DNA of 64,000 nt, from NCBI RefSeq assembly GCF_040938485.1, contig NW_027272096.1, positions 248,001 through 312,000 of the forward strand, read 5' to 3'. The notes beneath the pieces were generated by a model. It did no database searches, had not been told where the DNA came from, and worked only from the letters and a program-made list of their open reading frames with translations. Positions within the stretch are counted from its first letter, which is position 1. Every line of letters starts with the position of its first letter. The translations under genes and the position numbers were made by a program. The DNA comes from Diadema antillarum (lineage: Eukaryota). Shown piece by piece: positions 61,148 to 64,000 of the stretch.

Positions 61148-64000
61148 CAAATGAACTTTCTTTATAAATTAATATCGTAAGTTAACACTTCCCTTCTATC
61201 CCAATTTAAGGCATGGAATTTAGTTGAGAATAATGTTCTAAATTGACTACTGGTGGCATTTTAAGACTTAGGAGATTGTCATCGCTACAATACAATACAT
61301 TGTTATGTATTCCAAAACAACATTTGCACCAACAACTAAAGTGGTAGTAGTGGAGACAACTGCTACTCAGTCGACCATCACATATACCACTTGAGCAACT
61401 GAGCAACCAACAACAGCACCAGGTAATTTCCATTCCATTCTAATACGATTCATGTCCCATTAGTATAAACATCAACGGTAGTGGAACGCTATGGTATGGC
61501 CAAAATATTTTACCCAATAACTGAGACGAACGATTGACCATTCTTTTCAGAATGCTACGAGCCACAAGAGCCATTGCAAGAAGTCACTGCCTTGACATAC
61601 GAAGCCAGCTTCAGTCAGCCTACTACTATCAGAGGAATCAAACTACCTGCCAGCAGCTTCCCTACAATGACTACAGTAGTATTCAGGATCAAACGCGCCG
61701 AAGGAGATGAATGGATTATTGTTCCTGCACAGAGCACAGAATCAGGATCTGGTGACTTCTCCGGTTCAGGATCGGGAGAGTCAGAGAGTCAGGTAAATCC
61801 TAAATAGACAAGTATTCCCTTGTTCTACACAGAACATACATTACCACTTCTTGTATTAATACGTTATAAAAGGAAAATGGGCGGTATTTCGCCTGTATCT
61901 TCTATTAACCCTTTATGTGCTTTGAGTGTTGATTTGCACGTACAACCCTAAAGCACTGTATCGATATCCAACGACCATGAATGATAGAGAAATGCTTAAC
62001 AATATCCTTTATCTTCAGTGTACCAGTCCTAGCTGTCAAATCTCTACTTATCATCTTCTCTGATTCATCGTACTAAAACTTGTTATCTTTCTTGGAAAAA
62101 CATTATTATGTCACCCCTTTATTGCAGTCGTATTTCAAACATATTTGATTTTCCGGATTTGCATTTGCATTTTCTGAACATTGTTTGGTCCAGACATCAA
62201 ATTGGAAAGTTGTACTAATGCATTGATTAATTTCTTTGTATTCTTCATAGGGCGAAGTGACGTTTTCTTTGAGTGACTCTGCTCCAACGAACCTCTGGCT
62301 TCCATCCGAATTGGGGCCTGTGCGAGCTATCGAAGCAACCTTTGGAGAAGCACTTAATCTAGGAAATGAAATCGAGGTCTACGGCTGTCAGGGTAGGTGC
62401 ACTTTAAGCGACTTATTCAAAAACAACACTCTTATGTGGACAAGTTCTTGTGAGTTCAAACGGAAAATTCTCGTTCACGATTAAAATTCAAACAGTTCTA
62501 TCTAACGTGTCTCTCGTAATCCTTAAAAGTTCTAGTTACGCAGAAAAGGAATATACTATGATTTATTTCTAATCATTTGATTCTTTATCCATGTATAGAT
62601 TATAAGACACATTGCATTCACTCCGTGCGCTATGAGCGGTATAATAAGTGAACTTACAGCATTTTAAGTTGTTAGTTATGGCCAGATCAATTTCATTAAA
62701 AAGGTTCCTATGGATTTATTTTCCCCTTTGTTTGTATATTACCGCAGGACCCACTCCGGCTCCAACCACGAGAGGTACCTCTCCCCCAGGTAATACATTG
62801 TATTTTTATAGAAATATTAGGTTTTCTCGGTTTGGTCAAATACCATGAAACATTGAATAAGTAAAAAAAATAATAATATTTCTTTTAAAGCTCAATACCA
62901 CAGCGAAGCGCCAAACGCTGCAATCTCATTTTTTTTCCTCAACATCTAAAGCGATGACACTGTTTTTTTTTTTTCAAAATACACTTGAAATCATCATCTA
63001 AGTCAAGGAAAGAAGGAAAATTGTCTTTGAAGATATAATTATTTCATATTTCACCACTGTCTAATACGACTGTATTCGATCCAGAAGGAGAATGTTCTCA
63101 TTTGTTTCTTTCTCTCAACATTTACAGAAACGACAACTCTGGGTCAGTCAGGTAGGTCTACGTCTCCATTGTATTTCTAACCTTTTTGAATTAACATGTA
63201 CCAAAAAAAGAAAATCAGATATCACTAAATGATAATTGCTTTAAGATCAAACTGGTTTCGACTATTCTTCGCCATAAGTCTTCTCTTTAAAAACAAAAGT
63301 CTCTCAACTGTCAAAAACACTGAGTGAAAGATACATGTGTGTCGTTTTCTCCTTTTTCACAGAAGTGACAACAAGGACGCGAACGCGAGCGACAACGACT
63401 ACTGCTCCAGGAACCGAGCAAACAACAGCAGTAGTAGAGGAAACTACTGCCACTCCTGAAGCAACAACTACAACTCAGACAACTGTTACATCGACCACAA
63501 CAGCACGACAGGAATCTACAACGCCAGGTAACTTCTCACTTCCATTTTTCCAAGACTCGTGTCCGAAGACGTAAAACCTGAATTATGTCATGTAAAACTA
63601 GAAGGCGGTCACTCAACTCTTTCGTGTTAGCGTAACCTCTTCCTTCATCTTCATTCTGCTTGATGGTATCCAGCAACCAAGTTTGCTTAACTAAACGAAT
63701 GACTAAAATGCATATGTTAATATCTCTTTCAATGACTTTAACGTGTTACTGTTCACTTAACAATATTGTACCCTACAAATTCGTCGTCACGCCCGTCTAC
63801 ATCCAAGACATTTCTTTTATTTACCAGCTGCTTGCAGAAAACCACTGGATGGCGTGGATCTTGATACTAAATTGGAAGTTTTACTTGACAACAATAAAAC
63901 CAACCTTTGGAGCGAACCTACTTCAGAGAGGACAGTGAAGGTCACTGTCAAATCAGTCGATGACACCTCAGACCTGACGATTAAGATATCAGCTGTCAGC
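1..64000 (+). CDS. Partial giant multi-exon secreted mucin/proteoglycan-like gene (PTS linkers + TIL + VWC + FA58C + divergent discoidin-like modules); extends beyond both window edges
   Basis: About 95 AG/GT-bounded exons join in one frame with matching phases and no internal stop, except for 1-nt indels in array copies 2-3. Domain mix resembles invertebrate gel-forming mucin / hemolectin / SCO-spondin-type proteins; no orthologue can be named from sequence alone. Confidence 0.85.
115..327. other. Assembly gap (213 N)
   Basis: Run of N. Confidence 1.
420..567. other. Assembly gap (148 N)
   Basis: Run of N. Confidence 1.
843..984 (+). CDS. Exon B: C-terminal half of mini discoidin-like module
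   Basis: catag|GGT...CAAG|gtaggt, 142 nt, phase 0-1; GEVSFILSDTAATNLWLPSELGTVRAIQATFGAPLSSVNIIEVYGCQ. Confidence 0.85.
1458..1517 (+). CDS. PTS linker exon
   Basis: cactag|GG...GCAG|gtaata, 60 nt, phase 1-1; ASSTAPPTTMASSTEATTA. Confidence 0.75.
2637..2807 (+). CDS. PTS (Thr-rich mucin) exon
   Basis: ttacag|AA...CCAG|gtaatt, 171 nt, phase 1-1; ITSPKVSTRGTTTSIPGTEQTT...TYTTSATEQPTTAP. Confidence 0.85.
3144..3391 (+). CDS. Exon A: N-terminal half of mini discoidin-like module with (SG)n loop
   Basis: tttcag|AA TGC...CAG|gtgaat, 248 nt, phase 1-0; CYEPQEPL...TYEASFSQPTTIAGIKL...EGDEW...DSGSGSGDFSGSGSGDSETQ. Confidence 0.9.
3696..4045 (+). mobile_element. tRNA-derived SINE with Deu-domain-like core, in the A-B intron
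   Basis: Pol III A box TAGCTAAACCGG (3706-3717), B box GGTTCCATTCC (3749-3759), core motifs GGAGGTCCCGT...GCACGTAAAAGATCCC...AAGAGCAGGG recalled from Deu-domain SINEs, (AAAC)n-like tail near 4033-4045. No clear TSD. Confidence 0.7.
4103..4244 (+). CDS. Exon B: C-terminal half of mini discoidin-like module
   Basis: gcatag|GGC...GAGG|gtaagt, 142 nt, phase 0-1; GEVTVALSDSASTNIWLPSTLGPVRAIQATFGAPLNLGNEIKVYGCE. Confidence 0.9.
4669..4704 (+). CDS. PTS micro-exon
   Basis: ttacag|CG...CCTG|gtaatg, 36 nt, phase 1-1; VTTTAPSTTAP. Confidence 0.75.
5471..5488 (+). CDS. Candidate 18-nt micro-exon
   Basis: ttgacag|TATCACCACAAGACACCG|gtaaaa, phase 1-1; VSPQDT. Confidence 0.45.
5567..5594. repeat. (TA)n microsatellite
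   Basis: Direct reading. Confidence 0.9.
5968..7315 (+). CDS. VWC domain 1 (10 Cys), three exons: 5968-6020, 6615-6725, 7225-7315
   Basis: Phases 1-0, 0-0, 0-1, all GT-AG; STTQAICYFAPTGESYQ / GGESFPYGNCETCICMVGQGIECFPDSCNLDPEDCST / GETVVHTADGCCQCRAIPTT. Confidence 0.85.
8493..8703. mobile_element. MITE with 8-bp TSD (hAT-like) and telomere-like CCCTAA internal repeats
   Basis: Imperfect ~35-bp TIRs (8493-8527 and 8670-8703, core TTTGCTC..GCGACAATTGCTCC); identical flanks CTGCAAAT at 8485-8492 and 8704-8711. Confidence 0.85.
8885..9099 (+). CDS. TIL domain plus start of VWC domain 2
   Basis: tatag|CG...GAG|gtatcc, 215 nt, phase 1-0; CLYPMVYRENCDCHRTCDD...CERGCFCQEGMVL...CVTKESCVTDCEYNGNVYE. 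Confidence 0.9.
9934..10756 (+). CDS. Remainder of VWC domain 2, exons 9934-10029 and 10705-10756
   Basis: LGETWKDSCYDCICEPDREVQCTPVCDLTCGS / GEELIYPDNNECCYCAP; phases 0-0 and 0-1, both donors gtaagt. Confidence 0.85.
11353..11394 (+). CDS. Pro-rich linker exon
   Basis: ttacag|CT...CCTA|gtaagt, 42 nt, phase 1-1; PTTALPTPPPPPP. Confidence 0.8.
11587..11750. mobile_element. Palindromic MITE, PIF/Harbinger-like (CAG TSD)
   Basis: Arms GGGCCCGTTGCA..AAGTTACAATTATGGTAACTTTGCCATCCAAT and its reverse complement; CAG at 11584-11586 and 11751-11753. Confidence 0.85.
11993..12942 (+). CDS. Atypical TIL-like domain plus short VWC/E-type module, exons 11993-12213 and 12831-12942
   Basis: CDITEEATSC...SPCCECKKGETLHNGTRCVPIMECPCLDASGERRE / AHERWSNPLKECETCRCSSNSIVCYPTANCTTSTTTP; CVP..ECPC is the mucin/VWF TIL-E junction pattern; phases 1-0, 0-1. 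Confidence 0.85.
13529..13573 (+). CDS. PTS linker exon
   Basis: ctcacag|TC...CCAG|gtatgc, 45 nt, phase 1-1; ITTAAPTTTPLLPP. Confidence 0.8.
13973..15154 (+). CDS. Canonical FA58C / discoidin (F5/8 type C) domain, exons 13973-14277 and 15010-15154
   Basis: DCYSVLGLE...AWVP...WLQVDFSVPTRVTGIDTQG..EWVSRFHIEY...GRPM / LFKANSDGDSIVSN...IRILP...IALRIELRGCQ carries all family hallmarks; phases 1-0, 0-1. Confidence 0.93.
15225..15402. mobile_element. MITE related to the 11587 element (PIF/Harbinger-like)
   Basis: TIR GGCCCCGTTGC(A/T)AGAAA at both ends; TSD not conserved. Confidence 0.6.
16853..18065 (+). CDS. Three PTS linker exons: 16853-16879, 17438-17512, 18012-18065
   Basis: 27, 75 and 54 nt, all phase 1-1; IISVPTTT / PPSTPQVTTRPATTPPTTEATTFQ / TTEPARTTTTISSTTTR. 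The 17438 acceptor (aaaaag) is weak. Confidence 0.7.
18569..19000 (+). CDS. One-exon divergent discoidin-like module D1
   Basis: gacag|GT...GAAG|gttagc, 432 nt, phase 1-1; VCEEPM...FTKPVTVRRV...FVDANNSP...LTADFLGCEKE; only 2 Cys, one at each end. Confidence 0.85.
19331..19681. mobile_element. TTAA-flanked non-autonomous element (piggyBac-like)
   Basis: TTAA|CTCTTTT at 19327-19337 and AAAAGAG|TTAA at 19675-19685; TIR is short. Confidence 0.55.
19802..19960 (+). CDS. PTS linker exon (159 nt)
   Basis: gtatag|TA...GAAG|gtgagt, phase 1-1; TTVETTTVTRTSATTSETEPTTRTEIVVTTTKTTTGPG... Confidence 0.85.
20592..21017 (+). CDS. One-exon divergent discoidin-like module D2
   Basis: ttgcag|GG...CCAG|gtaata, 426 nt, phase 1-1; ECRDDM...FNRPVIVNV...FTDVNGTP...VNAGFLGCVP. 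Confidence 0.85.
21448..22305 (+). CDS. Large PTS mucin exon (286 codons)
   Basis: taacag|AG...AAAG|gtgagg, 858 nt, phase 1-1, open throughout; Thr/Pro/Ser dominated with PEVTT(S/T)KL-type octamers. Confidence 0.85.
22851..22933. repeat. Compound (CT)n/(CA)n microsatellite
   Basis: Direct reading. Confidence 0.9.
23103..23240. repeat. (ATT/ATC/ATG)n low-complexity tract with a 42-bp duplication
   Basis: TCATTACCATTGTTGTCACTATTATCATTATCATTA starts at both 23161 and 23203; lies just upstream of the D3 acceptor. Confidence 0.85.
23253..23678 (+). CDS. One-exon divergent discoidin-like module D3
   Basis: tttcag|GT...GAAG|gtaaaa, 426 nt, phase 1-1; QCEDPM...FSESVIVRRV...FVDADNNQ...LNAEFFGCIEE. 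Confidence 0.85.
24382..25132 (+). CDS. PTS linker exons 24382-24540 (159 nt) and 25061-25132 (72 nt)
   Basis: Both phase 1-1; TVVETTTAVRTPVPTTTQAPETTKTELLTTTKT... / TTTAAPSSEIYTERTTIVTTPIT. Confidence 0.8.
25525..26459 (+). CDS. 8-Cys VWC-like domain a, exons 25525-25553, 25945-26049, 26426-26459
   Basis: CEIDGTVLQ / TNESLQDPNDNCTVFRCLDNGLFSRTDYVCEMPCK / TTYPPGCCDGC; phases 1-0, 0-0, 0-1. Confidence 0.8.
27097..27102 (+). CDS. Candidate 6-nt micro-exon
   Basis: cttttacag|CAAGTA|gtaagt; frame-neutral, gives Ser-Ser-Thr across the junctions. Confidence 0.55.
27316..27856. mobile_element. Long palindromic MITE with AGG...CCT ends and TTAA-type TSD (Kolobok-like)
   Basis: Inverted arms over 200 bp (e.g. 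GAACACATCAGTGAAAGTTTGGG and GATGAGAAGACTACTA with reverse complements); right end CCT|TTAA, left TGAA|AGG. Confidence 0.8.
28005..28040. repeat. (TG)n microsatellite
   Basis: Direct reading; abuts the LINE remnant. Confidence 0.9.
28041..29090 (+). mobile_element. Decayed 3' fragment of a Tx1/L1-clade LINE
   Basis: Broken frame gives ...KYREFQYK..., then CSFC / EEETYPHIFLFCKQVQRTW (28288-28368), the C-terminal CCHC knuckle pattern of L1/Tx1 ORF2; AATAAA and A-rich tail near 29063-29088; stops and frameshifts present. Confidence 0.7.
29180..29209 (+). CDS. Linker micro-exon
   Basis: ttatcag|CT...GATG|gtgagt, 30 nt, phase 1-1; TTVKGPSID. Confidence 0.75.
29873..31577 (+). CDS. 8-Cys VWC-like domain b, exons 29873-29901, 30301-30417, 31538-31577
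   Basis: CTYGGVTYQ / VGSTIYNIRKQVPCYVVICGKSGRPEWVPEVYNCSEQCD / DDVSYPSGCCDEC; phases 1-0, 0-0, 0-1. Confidence 0.8.
30541..30700. mobile_element. Tc1/mariner-type MITE (TA TSD)
   Basis: TA|CAATGAAACCTG..GCGGCCACC and GGTGGTCGC..CAGGTTTGACTG|TA; imperfect ~26-bp TIRs. Confidence 0.7.
32110..33854 (+). CDS. PTS exons 32110-32172, 33079-33102, 33693-33854
   Basis: 63, 24 and 162 nt, phase 1-1; the last two are diverged paralogues of the array's 24-nt micro-exon and T2 exon. Confidence 0.8.
33234..33261. repeat. Poly-C tract (about C28)
   Basis: Direct reading. Confidence 0.9.
33286..33628. mobile_element. GC-rich MITE (PIF/Harbinger-like ends)
   Basis: Perfect 14-bp TIR CCCCGTTTACAGTG (33286-33299) / CACTGTAAACGGGG (33615-33628); TSD unclear. 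Confidence 0.75.
34156..34289 (+). pseudogene. Truncated relic of the array D exon
   Basis: Intact acceptor tttaccag; ACREPLDGVDLYTNLQVLLDN matches ACRKPLDGVDLDTKLEVLLDN, then similarity is lost and TGA occurs at 34287-34289. Confidence 0.75.
34381..37754 (+). CDS. Array unit 1 (407 aa): T1 34381-34572, A 35010-35251, B 35719-35860, m1 36267-36308, m2 36641-36664, T2 36876-37043, D 37344-37754
   Basis: All GT-AG; lengths 192, 242, 142, 42, 24, 168, 411; frame continuous. Confidence 0.85.
34735..34886 (+). pseudogene. Stop-containing PTS exon relic present in every unit
   Basis: ...TQSTITYTT*ATEQPTTAP with intact CAG|gtaatt donor; TGA at 34856, 38738, 42230, 46069, 49900, 53731, 57561, 61392; the paralogous exon 2637-2807 has TCA (2777-2779). 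Confidence 0.75.
37851..38156. repeat. Old ~100-bp direct duplication inside the D-T1 intron (period 198 bp), repeated in each unit
   Basis: CTGCTGATATT..AACA..CA.ATCAACTT..GAATTTT...GATTGGCA.GTTATTG.TTTGGTA..TTTATGTC at 37851 and 38049. Confidence 0.75.
38256..41236 (+). CDS. Array unit 2: T1 38256-38447, A 38897-39138, B 39597-39738, m1 40094-40135, m2 40476-40499, T2 40711-40875; D exon broken (40935-41236)
   Basis: 351 bp missing at 40934|40935 removes the D acceptor and the first 110 coding nt. Confidence 0.75.
41742..45088 (+). CDS. Array unit 3: T1 41742-41937, A 42390-42631, B 43094-43236, m1 43595-43636, m2 43978-44001, T2 44213-44377, D 44678-45088
   Basis: T1 (+4 nt) and B (+1 nt) carry single-base insertions and are frameshifted as assembled; probably consensus errors. 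Confidence 0.65.
45589..48916 (+). CDS. Array unit 4 (406 aa): T1 45589-45780, A 46228-46469, B 46928-47069, m1 47425-47466, m2 47806-47829, T2 48041-48205, D 48506-48916
   Basis: Intact exons and splice sites, 1218 coding nt. Confidence 0.85.
49418..52747 (+). CDS. Array unit 5 (406 aa): T1 49418-49609, A 50059-50300, B 50759-50900, m1 51256-51297, m2 51637-51660, T2 51872-52036, D 52337-52747
   Basis: Intact exons and splice sites. Confidence 0.85.
53248..56577 (+). CDS. Array unit 6 (406 aa): T1 53248-53439, A 53890-54131, B 54590-54731, m1 55087-55128, m2 55467-55490, T2 55702-55866, D 56167-56577
   Basis: Intact exons and splice sites. Confidence 0.85.
57078..60407 (+). CDS. Array unit 7 (406 aa): T1 57078-57269, A 57720-57961, B 58420-58561, m1 58917-58958, m2 59297-59320, T2 59532-59696, D 59997-60407
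   Basis: Intact exons and splice sites. Confidence 0.85.
60908..64000 (+). CDS. Array unit 8 (partial): T1 60908-61099, A 61551-61792, B 62251-62392, m1 62748-62789, m2 63128-63151, T2 63363-63527, D from 63828 to window end
   Basis: Intact up to the window edge. Confidence 0.85.

Larger units (their letters stand above)
34381..64000 (+). repeat. Intragenic tandem array, ~3.83-kb unit, 7 full + 1 partial copies, introns included
   Basis: Unit starts 34381, 38256, 41742, 45589, 49418, 53248, 57078, 60908 (spacings 3875, 3486, 3847, 3829, 3830, 3830, 3830); copies 4-8 differ at only a few positions each. Confidence 0.98.

Noticed and set aside
34381-64000. CRISPR-like, rDNA or satellite interpretation of the tandem array
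   Set aside because: The unit is 3.8 kb of spliced coding exons and introns; there is no repeat-spacer pattern or rRNA similarity.
1-64000. Assigning a gene symbol (MUC2, MUC5AC, SSPO, hemolectin, Sfp1, nectin)
   Set aside because: Domain types overlap with these proteins, but no VWD or termini are visible and the order matches none I can confirm.

Overview
AT-rich animal genomic DNA, probably an invertebrate deuterostome such as a sea urchin (inferred from the Deu-type SINE and MITE content, not proven). The whole window lies inside one very large intron-rich gene on the + strand, with no start or stop codon in view. Reading GT-AG junctions by hand gives 40 in-frame exons from 843 to 33854 (5632 nt, about 1877 aa). 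These are followed by about 7.7 tandem copies of a ~3.83-kb unit (34381-64000), each with 7 exons encoding 406 aa, for roughly 4900 aa in the window. The protein is a beads-on-a-string mucin/proteoglycan. Thr/Ser/Pro-rich linkers separate TIL and VWC Cys-rich domains, one canonical FA58C (discoidin) domain, and two kinds of divergent two-cysteine discoidin-like modules: a two-exon mini module with an acidic (Ser-Gly)n loop and a one-exon ~140-aa module. Every linker and domain is a phase 1-1 cassette. Each array unit also carries a stop-containing exon relic, and there is a candidate 6-nt micro-exon. Introns of the unique part hold a tRNA-derived SINE, several MITEs with visible TIRs/TSDs and a decayed Tx1/L1-type LINE. 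Two N gaps lie at the start, and about 40.9-43.7 kb shows insertion-type errors that look like an assembly artefact. All exon calls are manual; no database search was run.
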